Below, piece after piece: positions 10,544 to 20,267 of a stretch of DNA of 64,000 nucleotides; within the stretch, counting starts at the first letter, position 1; each line of letters starts with the position of its first letter. The stretch covers positions 215,663 through 279,662 of the forward strand of contig JBPOGF010000002.1 in NCBI GenBank assembly GCA_051251915.1, in the 5' to 3' direction. The notes under the pieces were generated by a model, which saw only the letters and a program-made list of their open reading frames with translations, had not been told where the DNA came from and searched no databases. The DNA comes from Akkermansiaceae bacterium (GTDB lineage Bacteria; Verrucomicrobiota; Verrucomicrobiia; Verrucomicrobiales; Akkermansiaceae). A program made the translations under genes and the position numbers.

Positions 10544-11041
10544 ATGAAGAAAGTGCTTATCTACACAGATGGTTCCTCTAGGGGAAATCCTGGTCCAGGT
10601 GGTTATGGTGCGCTGTTGTTGTGTGGTGAGCATAAGAAGGAAAAGAGCGGGGGGTATACGGAGACTACGAATAACCGTATGGAGCTAATGGCGGTAATTG
10701 TGGCTTTAGAGTCTCTAAAGGTGCCCTGTGAGGTGGAGGTGATCTCTGATTCTAGGTATGTGATTAACGCGATGGATAAGGGCTGGATTCATGGCTGGTG
10801 CAAAAGGGGGTGGAATAAGGCAGATAAGAAGCCTCTTAAGAATACTGACCTCTGGAAGCGACTGTATGTTACTGTGCGGTCACATGATGTGAAGTGGACT
10901 TGGGTGAAAGGTCATGCAGGAAATCAATACAATGAACGTTGTGATCACTTAGCAACCTCAGCCGCTCTAGGAGAGAATTTAGCTCTCGATGAGGGGTATG
11001 TGGCTGAAGGGGGTGATCCAGATTTATTCAGTGATTTATAA
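10544..11041 (+). CDS. rnhA: Ribonuclease HI
   Basis: [30 protein letters not shown] and NERCD motifs; start moved to ATG 10544. Confidence 0.97.
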   Translation: MKKVLIYTDGSSRGNPGPGGYGALLLCGEHKKEKSGGYTETTNNRMELMAVIVALESLKVPCEVEVISDSRYVINAMDKGWIHGWCKRGWNKADKKPLKNTDLWKRLYVTVRSHDVKWTWVKGHAGNQYNERCDHLATSAALGENLALDEGYVAEGGDPDLFSDL

Positions 11042-11119
11042 CACTGTATGAGTTAGAGTACATTACAGAGCTTGCAATAAGGCTGGATGTTGCTTTTGGG
11101 GAGATCGAGTGATAAGGGC

Positions 11120-11196
11120 AAAAAAGTAGCGACCTATGGTAAAACAGAATCTTAAGCCCCCTCCCAAAAGCTTAAGACCAAAAACCATAGGCCGCT
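11120..11196 (-). ncRNA. Candidate structured small RNA or extended terminator
   Basis: 13-bp outer stem (with a G-U pair only on the - strand), 8-bp inner stem, UUUUGGGAGGG loop and a 3' U6 tract. Confidence 0.45.
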
Positions 11197-11340
11197 GGGC
11201 ATTTAATGGAGCAATTTGATCTAAAGATCAAGTAATTCCTTTAAGAACTATGAAAAAAATTTCACTCTGCACGTTGTGTATATACGACGTGCATACTAGT
11301 TTGGGGATAGGCTATGTATTCGGTATGAAAGTTGTTAGAT

Positions 11341-11931
11341 TTATCGAGATTTGATAATTCCTTCAACGATTCCTCTTGCTGCTAGAGTCTGATACCATGA
11401 CTGAGCACAACGAGAACGTTCGTATGGATTGCTGATGAATCCGCACTCTACTAGGACTGCTGGGCATTTGGTTTTGTTTAGAACGGCAAACCCCATTCCA
11501 TACTTGATGCCTCGATTGCGAGTTTTAGTATGGCTGCTGACTTTGCTTTGAATATTAGAGGCAATTCTTTTTCCCGTAGCGCTGGCGTAGAACGTTTCAA
11601 CTCCTTTAATGGAAGTGTTGGTGTGAGCGTTAAAGTGGATACTTACAAAGATGGCATCTTTGTATCTGTTGGCTACAGCTACTCTTTGGGCGAAGGAGAG
11701 GTAAACGTCACTACGGCGAGTCAGCTTAACGGGAATTTTTTTAGCCTTAAGCATGGCCTCTACTTTAGTGGCTACTTTCAGGTTTAGGTATGCTTCACTG
11801 ATTCCTCCCCATTTAGCTCCTCTATCTTTTCCACCGTGGCCAGGGTCAATGATTACGGTGGTGTATTTGCCAGCTATAGCAGTAGTAGCGCATGCAAAAA
11901 GCATGAAAATTGAGAGTAAGCCATTAATCAT
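11341..11931 (-). CDS. N-acetylmuramoyl-L-alanine amidase (Amidase_3)
   Basis: IIDPGHGGKD, SIHFNA and PAVLVECGFISN motifs; signal peptide. Confidence 0.93.
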   Translation of the reverse strand: MINGLLSIFMLFACATTAIAGKYTTVIIDPGHGGKDRGAKWGGISEAYLNLKVATKVEAMLKAKKIPVKLTRRSDVYLSFAQRVAVANRYKDAIFVSIHFNAHTNTSIKGVETFYASATGKRIASNIQSKVSSHTKTRNRGIKYGMGFAVLNKTKCPAVLVECGFISNPYERSRCAQSWYQTLAARGIVEGIIKSR

Positions 11932-12031
11932 AAAAAAATTATATCCCTTAATCTTTCATTGGGGAAGTAATTTTTTAGAAATCAATAAAATAATCAAATC
12001 TGTGATAAATTTTTTATAGCATGTGGTCTTA

Positions 12032-12952
12032 CTAGCCACCAATTGTTTCGCTTAGTGATTTGCGAAGTCTTTTAGATAATAGTGGGCGAATAAGTCCGTA
12101 GAGCAGATAGAGTGAGAAGATCACAGAAGGAGTGTACCAGCGGGTGGTCTCGTTGAATATAAGGCCGATGGATAGAGTGGCTAGTAAGATTCCCCAAAGT
12201 GAGCCTTTGGTTCGCCAGTCTACTTTTTTAAAGCTAGGGTAGCGCACGTTACTGATCATGAGGATAGATAGACCGATCATGACTCCAACAAGGACGTAGT
12301 TCCAGGCACCGAGGTTTTTTCCTACTTCGTAAAAATTAGAGAGGAGGAAGGTGAGTGAGGCGATGAAGCCTGCTGCCATTGGGATGGGTATACCTAGGAA
12401 GTCTGTATTTCTTTCTTCACCCTCGGGAAGGGGGATCGCAGCGAGGCAGTTAAACCGAGCTAGGCGCATGGCTCCGCAAAGTAGATATGAGAAGGATACC
12501 GCCCAGCCAATCCATTCGATTTCTGGAGGCAGGTTAAATAAGACAGCTTTAGATACGAGTAAGGCAGGGGCCATTCCAAAGGAGATAACATCTGCAATGG
12601 AGTCAAATTCTCTTCCAAAGGGTGATTCTTGTCCACCAAGTCTGGCTAGTCTACCATCTAAAAGATCGAAAATACAGGATCCAAAAATGAAGAAAATAGC
12701 TTTCTCGTAGAATGAGTGGATTTCCATTGGTGGTAGGCCAGTGATTTCACCGTGCATGCCTTTGAAGATAGAAAGGACGGCTAGAAATCCGCAAAGTAAA
12801 TTACCTGCCGTCATGAGGTTAGGCAAAAGGTAGATTTTGGGTTCTAGGTGGGAGTAGTCAGTGGATTCAGCACTATCAGAGTTCTTTGCTGCTACTTCTT
12901 CCGGAGTTAACGAAGGGGCGTCCGCCGGGTTTTGAGATGGTTGGTCGCTCAT
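12032..12952 (-). CDS. pssA: CDP-diacylglycerol--serine O-phosphatidyltransferase
   Basis: LPNLMT, DLLDGRLAR...S.FGREFDS.AD..SFG.APA and RLARFN motifs; start moved to ATG 12952. Confidence 0.92.
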   Translation of the reverse strand: MSDQPSQNPADAPSLTPEEVAAKNSDSAESTDYSHLEPKIYLLPNLMTAGNLLCGFLAVLSIFKGMHGEITGLPPMEIHSFYEKAIFFIFGSCIFDLLDGRLARLGGQESPFGREFDSIADVISFGMAPALLVSKAVLFNLPPEIEWIGWAVSFSYLLCGAMRLARFNCLAAIPLPEGEERNTDFLGIPIPMAAGFIASLTFLLSNFYEVGKNLGAWNYVLVGVMIGLSILMISNVRYPSFKKVDWRTKGSLWGILLATLSIGLIFNETTRWYTPSVIFSLYLLYGLIRPLLSKRLRKSLSETIGG

Positions 12953-13025
12953 GCAGGGATAGATCAGCATAAATTGGGCGAAAGAAACAGTGGAAAATTT
13001 ACCTGAGCCGATGTAAGAGTCGCTT

Positions 13026-13589
13026 ATGGAAGACTTGATAGAAAAAAATGACATCACGGAGCAGACCTCGATGGGGGAGATCACGACAAAGTTTCCAGGT
13101 GCAAGGCGTGCGCTTTTTGCTCGGTATCACATTGGTGGATGTAGTTCATGTGCCTATCAGGATACTGAGAAGCTAGAAGAAGTGTGTGTGAGAAATGAGA
13201 TCACGGCTGCGGAAGCGATTGATCATATTTTGAATAGCCATATAGAGGATAAGAAGATGTTGATTGATCCTCAGGTAGCAAAGGAGATGATAGATAGTGG
13301 CAAGGAGGTGAGATTTGTAGATACTAGAACGCGAGAAGAGCATGAGGCTGTTGCGATTTCGGGTTCTTATTTCATGACGCAGGAACTACAGCAGGAAATT
13401 TTTGGAAAATGGGATAGGTCTGAGGAGCTGACGATCATTTTATACGATCACACAGGGAAGAGTGCGATTGATACATGTGCGTGGTTTATTGGGCATGAAA
13501 TGAAAAATACTTTTGCGCTTGTGGGTGGGATTGATGCTTGGAGTAGGCAGGTAGATTCATCGGTGTCGCGCTACAGGCTTGAAATGTGA
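13026..13589 (+). CDS. Rhodanese-like domain protein with an N-terminal CxxC domain
   Basis: VDTRTREE and LVGGIDAWS rhodanese signatures; N-terminal HIGGCSSC. Confidence 0.85.
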   Translation: MEDLIEKNDITEQTSMGEITTKFPGARRALFARYHIGGCSSCAYQDTEKLEEVCVRNEITAAEAIDHILNSHIEDKKMLIDPQVAKEMIDSGKEVRFVDTRTREEHEAVAISGSYFMTQELQQEIFGKWDRSEELTIILYDHTGKSAIDTCAWFIGHEMKNTFALVGGIDAWSRQVDSSVSRYRLEM

Positions 13590-13878
13590 GCGCTGGAGTC
13601 GGTTAAGAAGGTTTTAAGGCGGTAGGATGCTCTTGAGAATTAAGATATCTAAAATAATCTTCTTGTGTGAATTCGATGGGGGATAATTTTTTTTTAGGGT
13701 CTGTTAGAAGGTTCTAAGTCTAGTGGTATAAGTGTTTTCTAGTTTGTTTCAGGTATGAAAGGTGCTGGATGATGTCATTTTTCTTAAAATGCTTCTTTAC
13801 TAGCTGCGTTTGATTCGCAGAATGAGTAACTGTTAATACTAGTAATAACCAAATCACAACACACACGATTATAAAATC

Positions 13879-14661
13879 ATGAAACACCTAGCTACTAGCC
13901 AGCTAAAAACTGCCGGCATCACCCTATCCACAGTCCTGCTAACAGCAGCTCCGCTTCTTGCTCAAGAAACAGCAAAACCTAAAAAAAGTGCACTTGATGC
14001 CTACCTGCTTGATGGTGGGCCACTTACGATTTTCATCGTAGCATTCGGTCTCATTTCATTGATTGGTCTAACTGTTTACAATTTCATCAACCTTTCAAAA
14101 TCTAAATATTGCCCAGATGATCTCAAAGGAGCACTCCTTGATCACATGGTAAACTGTCGCGTAAGATCAGCAATCGAGCTATCTGCATCACACCCTTCTT
14201 ATCTTGGAAGAATGATGGCTTACGCACTTCCAAATGTTGACGCAACTCGTCCAGAAGATCTCGGTAGAGATGGCGTGGAAGATTCCATGGCTGACTTCTC
14301 AATCAACGAAGGCAGAAAGAACATGGTTTGGATTAACCTTATCTCACTCGTGGCACAGGCTGCACCGATGTTAGGACTTTTCGGAACAGTGTTCGGTATG
14401 ATCGGTGCGTTCGCTAAGCTTGAAGATGGTGACGCGGATCCAGCGGCACTAGCGGGGCAAATCTCTATCGCACTACTTACAACTATGTGGGGACTAATCG
14501 TTGCGATTCTTGCAGTATTCGCTTACTTCTACTTCAAGGGTCGTTATCAGGCGCTTATTGCAGAGTGTAACCAAACTGCTGAGGAACTACTCAATGCATC
14601 TGTGCAAACTGTTAATGGTGATGCACAACTTGCTAAGATTCCAGAAGGTCTAGCCGTTTAA
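13879..14661 (+). CDS. MotA/TolQ/ExbB proton channel protein
   Basis: APMLGLFGTVFGMIGAF and LAGQISIALLTT.WGLIVAI motifs. Confidence 0.93.
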   Translation: MKHLATSQLKTAGITLSTVLLTAAPLLAQETAKPKKSALDAYLLDGGPLTIFIVAFGLISLIGLTVYNFINLSKSKYCPDDLKGALLDHMVNCRVRSAIELSASHPSYLGRMMAYALPNVDATRPEDLGRDGVEDSMADFSINEGRKNMVWINLISLVAQAAPMLGLFGTVFGMIGAFAKLEDGDADPAALAGQISIALLTTMWGLIVAILAVFAYFYFKGRYQALIAECNQTAEELLNASVQTVNGDAQLAKIPEGLAV

Positions 14662-14740
14662 AGGATAAGGAAAGAGATCAGAGGTCTGAAAGAGCATTCC
14701 TCTGATCTACTATTCATAACCTAAAAACACTCTTAAAATT

Positions 14741-15211
14741 ATGGCATCAGATAAACTCAGGGCGCTAAACGCCAAAGAAGAAAAAGAAGCAGAAATGGAC
14801 ATGTCTCCAATGATTGACATGGTGTTCCTGCTCCTCATTTTCTTCATCGTTGTATCTTCACCTATGATCGTGAAAATGGATCCAGAGGTGAAGCCGGCAG
14901 TTGCATTTAATTCCACACCCGCTGAAGAAAAGAACGGAAGGATCGTTATTAACATCAGAGGAGAGGAAGATTATTATAAGTTGAACTTCAACGATAAGGA
15001 TGCGAAAATGACAAATGAAGACGAGATAGCTGATTATGTAGAAGCTGAAGTCAAGCGCATCGCTGCGATGAGTTCAGAATACACGCCGAAGCTTCACTTA
15101 CGTGGAGACAAGGAAGTGCTCTTCGAGTATTCACAGACTGCTATTGCAGGTGCTGCTAGAGCTGGCGTGAACCAGATCATCTTCTCAGTTTATCCATTTG
15201 CTGCTAAATAG
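14741..15211 (+). CDS. ExbD/TolR family protein
   Basis: DMSPMIDMVFLLLIFF transmembrane segment with the conserved Asp; LRGDK. Confidence 0.92.
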   Translation: MASDKLRALNAKEEKEAEMDMSPMIDMVFLLLIFFIVVSSPMIVKMDPEVKPAVAFNSTPAEEKNGRIVINIRGEEDYYKLNFNDKDAKMTNEDEIADYVEAEVKRIAAMSSEYTPKLHLRGDKEVLFEYSQTAIAGAARAGVNQIIFSVYPFAAK

Positions 15212-15276
15212 GCTAATCTAGATAGCAACCAACAAAAATTAATACAATCCAACCTTACTCAATACTTATTTAAATT

Positions 15277-15744
15277 ATGGCTAGACGCAAAAGAGGCATG
15301 TTGCTGGAAGACGATGAACCAGCATTGGACATCTCATCATTGATTGATGTGTGTTTCCTGCTCCTCATCTATTTCCTCGTGACTTCTACCATCCAACCTC
15401 GTGAGCAAGATCTACCAATGGTCTTGCCATCAAGTCAGAAATCAGACGCACCACTAGAGATCGAGCCGATGCTCATCGCTGTGAAGAAGACTGGTTCAGG
15501 GTTCTCGGTGGTAGTAAACAAGAATGATGTGTTAGATACCTCAGTGGAGGGCGAGCGCCGACAGTTACCGCTGTTGTTTGAAAGCCTTACGACTTACAGT
15601 AACCTTGCCAATGCCAATGATACGAAGCCGTTGGTGCAGCTGTTCATCGATCCATTAGTGGAGCAACAGACCGCCATGGACGTTCTTAACTGTCTTAAAG
15701 GTGCTGGCATCAATAGTGTCACCTTCTCACAAGTTGCAAAATAA
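15277..15744 (+). CDS. ExbD/TolR family protein (second paralog)
   Basis: DISSLIDVCFLLLIYF transmembrane segment with the conserved Asp. Confidence 0.92.
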   Translation: MARRKRGMLLEDDEPALDISSLIDVCFLLLIYFLVTSTIQPREQDLPMVLPSSQKSDAPLEIEPMLIAVKKTGSGFSVVVNKNDVLDTSVEGERRQLPLLFESLTTYSNLANANDTKPLVQLFIDPLVEQQTAMDVLNCLKGAGINSVTFSQVAK

Positions 15745-15900
15745 GGGTACTACAATAATATCAAAATAAACCTAATGTTTTCACAGAGATACACGTTATA
15801 TTCACTGTAGGAAACGAGGTCTGAGATGGGCGTCTTTCCAAGGAGAGTCGTCCTTCTATGTCTAAAGGAACAATATATTTAACTTAGAAATTTAAAAGCT

Positions 15901-18900
15901 ATGAAAAACAGAAAATCAATCACACTCGCGGTCACGCTTGCTGGTTCAGCTCTTGTGGGTATAATGCCTCAGACTGTCAGCGCAGAGATCGGCGAAGACG
16001 TGCCGGCAGCCATTGCGGCGATGCAGGACAAGGACTGGGCGCAAGCCAAAGGGTTATATGATAAGATCATCAAGGAAAATGGTGAGCGAGGAAAGGCTCT
16101 CTATGGTGGTAAATTTGGATTTATTTATTATAACAAAGGCTATACTGAGCTACAGCTGGCAAAGCAGATTGCAGGAGCTGGTGGTAAAAAGAACTTGGAG
16201 CAATCTAAGAAGATGTATGAAGCGGCTAAGCAGTCGTTTAACATGTGCCGGAAATTCCCAACTGATGATAAGGGCGAAAACCAATTCTTCTTCAAAGCGT
16301 TGCTGTATCTGGGACAAGCAGAACAGGCGCTTAACGAATGTAAAGAGGCTATTGCTCATTACAAAAAATTCATCGCTGACAGAGACCCTGAAAAAAGAGG
16401 TGAAGATACTTACCACATTGGGATGTTCAATATCAATATGGCGATCTGTCACTTCAAGTTAGAGAAGCCTGCGCTTGCAGAAGGTTTGGTTTACTATGAG
16501 ACCGCGCTTAAGAATAAAGACAAAATGCGTGTGCCTGATGCGGCTATTGTATCAGCGTTCAAGGATTTTGCAGCTGCTGCAATCGTGGATAATAAAGAGA
16601 AGATGATGGTGGATTTCGTGAATAATAATCGCGGGGTGCTGACTCTAGATCCATACCAAATGTATCAGTTCATTCCATTTTTCAGAAAATATGCTGCTGA
16701 GGCATTCTCTAAGGACATGGTTGATGGAGCATTCACGCTCTACGCACTAATGCCTGGGACGATCGAAACTGAGGAAGATCTTAGTGTTTATGACAAGGAT
16801 CTCATCGGTTATACTCGAGCAGGTGTGGCAGATGGATTTATCAATAGAAATGCAAGGCAGTCAGTAGGACAGATTCAGGGAGATCTGAAGCACATCCAGA
16901 AATCTATCAAAGACGGTGAGCCTCACGAATTACTTGCATTACGTTCACTGGCCTTCACTCACGAAAGCGAAGGCTATGTGAGAGGTGCTTATAATGCTTA
17001 CAAGTCGATGGAGAATTACTATCCAAAGACTAAGGGGCGTGAAGATAACCTTTATAACCTCGTGCGTACTTCTTCATTGATTGGTGAAGTCATGGAGACT
17101 GAGAAGTTTGGACGTCTGTTCCTTAAGAGATTCCCAGATAGTCAGTATGTTGATTCAGTGAAGAACATGATGCTTATTTCTCTCTTCTACACTGGTGAGT
17201 ATGAAGTGGCATATAAGGTTTCATCTGAGCTTATTGAAGATCTCGCAGAAAATACTAAGCCACATGATCTCTGCCTACACGTTTTAGGTGGTTCTATGTT
17301 CTACCTTGGTAAATTTTATGATGCTGATGAGTTTCTCAAGAAGCACGTGAAAATGTATCCAGAGAGTGAATACAAGATAGCGGCACGTTATTTTGTGGCA
17401 TCAAACTATTCACGACTTGAGGACTGGGAGAATGCAGCAACTTATCTCGATAAATTTCTCGCAGACTATCCGGATCCAAATGTGAACGCATATATTCCGT
17501 TCGCGCTTTTCGATAGAGCTAATACTCATTTCGCAGAAGAGCAATATGACGAGGCGATCGCTATTCTGGATAAAATAGAAACTGACTTTCCATCATCTGC
17601 TGTTGAAGATATATCGTTCAACCTACGAGGTGATGTGCACAGAGCCAAAGGTGAGAAGGCGAAGGCTAATGACTACTATGTTAAAGCGCTGAACCTTTCC
17701 AAGAAACAGGGTTCTGACATCGTATCAGAAGAATCACTTTATAAGTTAGTGGCACTTCACGGTAATGAGAAGGAGGGCAAAGAGCCTAACCCTAATATTA
17801 AGGATGCAATTCCGTATTATGATGAATTCTGGAAAGACCGCCAAGACTCAGTTTACAAGACCCAAGTAGCAGTAGCTGGTGTTCCTGCACTCACGGCTGC
17901 GGGTCGTGGTGATGAAGGTCTAGCTAATGTTCAGAGTGTTATTTCTGAAATGGCAAAACTAGCGCGCGCGCCAGGTATGGAGCAAGCGATCAATACTTAC
18001 GGGAAATACTACCTACAGTCAGGAAAGTCTCCTGAGCAACTGAAGACACACTTTGAAGATTTCCCAGATGTAGATGCTGGAGATAAGAGAGCGCAAGCTC
18101 TCCTGCGTATCGCGGTGATCGGTGTTTACGAAGACCTCATCAAAGATGCTGAGAAAGGTGAAGACCAAGCATCCTTGGATAAGGTGGGACTTCTTAAAGC
18201 TAAGATTGACGCAATGTTCAATGACATGGATAGCAAATTTGAGAAAACTGAACTGAGTGATTTCATCCTTATGCGTCTAGCTGACTTCATTGCTGAGCGC
18301 ACTGGAAATCCACGTAAGGCGATCCCTTACTACGATGAAGTTCTAGGTAGAAATACTAATCAGTTCCGCACCATGGCACAGTTTGGTAAAGCTGGCATCC
18401 TCGCTAAGAGTGATCAGGCTGCCGAGCAGAACCAGGCACTTGAGACGCTAAAGGATGTGCTTTCAACCAAGGATATCGGCAGAGATACCAAGGAGAGAGC
18501 GACATACAGTATTGTTGAAGTATATAACAACCAAGAAAACTGGAAAGAGCTTATCAACCAGGCTGTGATTTACAACCAAGAGGGCTACTCAACTAAGAAC
18601 AAGTCACGTGTAAGCTTATTGCTTGCGAAGGCTTACGAGAATGAGGGTAACAAGTCTAAAGCGCTCGCTGTCTATGCTAGTGTTTACACTCGTTACAAGT
18701 CAGACTGGGCTATTTCTATCCCTGCGCTTACTAAGGCAGCTGAGTTCACTAGGTCTGAAGGTAAGGAATTCAAAGGTAAGTCACCTAAGCAGATAGCTTA
18801 CGATATGGCGGCTCAGTTTATCAGGGATTCCACTAGGGCGTATGATGAGAACAAGCTGAAAATGCCACCAGAAGTGCGTAAGTCATGGGAGGACCTCAGA

Positions 18901-18981
18901 GATCAAGTGCAGCGTTGGGAAGACGAAGCGGGCATCAAGTCGCTTGAGCAGCAAAAGAAAGAACTAGAAGCATCAAGATAA
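15901..18981 (+). CDS. Large exported tetratricopeptide-repeat protein
   Basis: 1026 aa; signal peptide; repeated helical TPR-like units ending in (F/Y)P.S motifs. Confidence 0.85.
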   Translation: MKNRKSITLAVTLAGSALVGIMPQTVSAEIGEDVPAAIAAMQDKDWAQAKGLYDKIIKENGERGKALYGGKFGFIYYNKGYTELQLAKQIAGAGGKKNLEQSKKMYEAAKQSFNMCRKFPTDDKGENQFFFKALLYLGQAEQALNECKEAIAHYKKFIADRDPEKRGEDTYHIGMFNINMAICHFKLEKPALAEGLVYYETALKNKDKMRVPDAAIVSAFKDFAAAAIVDNKEKMMVDFVNNNRGVLTLDPYQMYQFIPFFRKYAAEAFSKDMVDGAFTLYALMPGTIETEEDLSVYDKDLIGYTRAGVADGFINRNARQSVGQIQGDLKHIQKSIKDGEPHELLALRSLAFTHESEGYVRGAYNAYKSMENYYPKTKGREDNLYNLVRTSSLIGEVMETEKFGRLFLKRFPDSQYVDSVKNMMLISLFYTGEYEVAYKVSSELIEDLAENTKPHDLCLHVLGGSMFYLGKFYDADEFLKKHVKMYPESEYKIAARYFVASNYSRLEDWENAATYLDKFLADYPDPNVNAYIPFALFDRANTHFAEEQYDEAIAILDKIETDFPSSAVEDISFNLRGDVHRAKGEKAKANDYYVKALNLSKKQGSDIVSEESLYKLVALHGNEKEGKEPNPNIKDAIPYYDEFWKDRQDSVYKTQVAVAGVPALTAAGRGDEGLANVQSVISEMAKLARAPGMEQAINTYGKYYLQSGKSPEQLKTHFEDFPDVDAGDKRAQALLRIAVIGVYEDLIKDAEKGEDQASLDKVGLLKAKIDAMFNDMDSKFEKTELSDFILMRLADFIAERTGNPRKAIPYYDEVLGRNTNQFRTMAQFGKAGILAKSDQAAEQNQALETLKDVLSTKDIGRDTKERATYSIVEVYNNQENWKELINQAVIYNQEGYSTKNKSRVSLLLAKAYENEGNKSKALAVYASVYTRYKSDWAISIPALTKAAEFTRSEGKEFKGKSPKQIAYDMAAQFIRDSTRAYDENKLKMPPEVRKSWEDLRDQVQRWEDEAGIKSLEQQKKELEASR

Positions 18982-19016
18982 CTAGTGAACCATAAAACAA
19001 CTAACTAATAATCATC

Positions 19017-19973
19017 ATGAAAATTCTAAAATCAATCACTGCAGCAGTCACTACTTTAGCACTCAGTGCGACAATGACTAATGCTCAGGTAGAGATGCCG
19101 ATGGTATCAGGATACCTGATCAAGGCGGACGCTTCTTACGAACGTGTTCTGGTCATCGGGTCTAATAGTGCAGGGAATGTTTTCTATAAAGAAAATGCTA
19201 ACTCTGTTCAAACAGTCAAAGCTCCAATCGATTCTTTCTCAGGGATCTGGTTATTTGAGCCTGCTGACTTCACTGCGGCTAAGGACCTGTATGAGGAGCG
19301 AAAGTATCAAGAGGCTAAGGATGCATTTATCGCTCTTCAGGAGCGCTATAAGAACTACAAGTATCTAGAGGATAGCTACTATGAGCTTAGTCAATTTTAC
19401 GAAATGGAGTGCTATCGTAAGCTTAAAGATTACGAGACACTTGCTAAAAAATTAGAGCTCTATGCTCCTGATAGACTTACTCGTCCAGGACAAGTTCAGC
19501 AGACTAAGCTCTACAGAATGTATGACGCGGTGCACAAGAAGGACTGGAGCCGTCTTGACTCCTTATGTCAGGACTACATTCAAGATCCGATGCTTACTCT
19601 TGGTCAACGTGCTCAGGTGTCATTCTGTCAAGGTCTAGCCTATGAAGGCTTGGAGCAAGATAATGATGCTCTCAATGCTTATGCTACTGCGATGACTGCT
19701 GACTTTACACGTTCAGAGAGCATTGTCCGCGAATCTGCTTTGAATTCATTGCGTATCTTTGATGCGGATGAGGAAATCAAGATTGCCATTAGTCTATGGG
19801 GTAAGCCTGAAGAAGAGAAATCAAGTGCCGGATACCGTAAGCTAGCGGAGGCAAATGCTCTTGCGCGTCTCTATGACAAAGCGGGGCTTGGTGCTGGAGT
19901 TGAGCTACCGGCTAAGTATAAGAAGTTTCAGAAGTTCACTTCTGAGGCGATGTTAGAAAAGCTGAAGAAGTAA
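19017..19973 (+). CDS. Exported TPR-like hypothetical protein
   Basis: 318 aa; signal peptide; helical repeats such as FCQGLAYEGLEQDNDALNAY. Confidence 0.8.
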   Translation: MKILKSITAAVTTLALSATMTNAQVEMPMVSGYLIKADASYERVLVIGSNSAGNVFYKENANSVQTVKAPIDSFSGIWLFEPADFTAAKDLYEERKYQEAKDAFIALQERYKNYKYLEDSYYELSQFYEMECYRKLKDYETLAKKLELYAPDRLTRPGQVQQTKLYRMYDAVHKKDWSRLDSLCQDYIQDPMLTLGQRAQVSFCQGLAYEGLEQDNDALNAYATAMTADFTRSESIVRESALNSLRIFDADEEIKIAISLWGKPEEEKSSAGYRKLAEANALARLYDKAGLGAGVELPAKYKKFQKFTSEAMLEKLKK

Positions 19974-19988
19974 GTTTTATATACTCAT

Positions 19989-20026
19989 AAAAAGCCCCGC
20001 CTGATGAGAGTCAAGCGGGGCTTTTT
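19989..20026 (+). terminator. Rho-independent terminator (bidirectional)
   Basis: AAAAAGCCCCGC...GCGGGGCTTTTT after the TPR operon. Confidence 0.88.
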
Positions 20027-20267
20027 CTTTTAATGAATACGAGTTAATTTATAGCACTGCGTAGAACAAATAAGAGAAATGGTTTCAGTGAGGTATTATA
20101 GATAGTGTTTCAAATCTAGAGCGGGGCGGGTGGTTTTTCTTTCTAACTGGCTTGTTCCTCCGCCCTGGGCCTTACGGTCTGGCTGTGTCGCACCATTCCG
20201 TTGTTGTAACGCTTTGGTAGGAAGAGAAATCACTTCGTCATTGGTCTTATTTTATCACTACTTGGTT

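Noticed and set aside
20120..20205. GC-rich patch resembling a degenerate REP-like repeat (GCCCTGGGCCTTACGGTCTGGCT)
   Set aside because: Single copy in the window with a weak palindrome; cannot be supported without a genome-wide search
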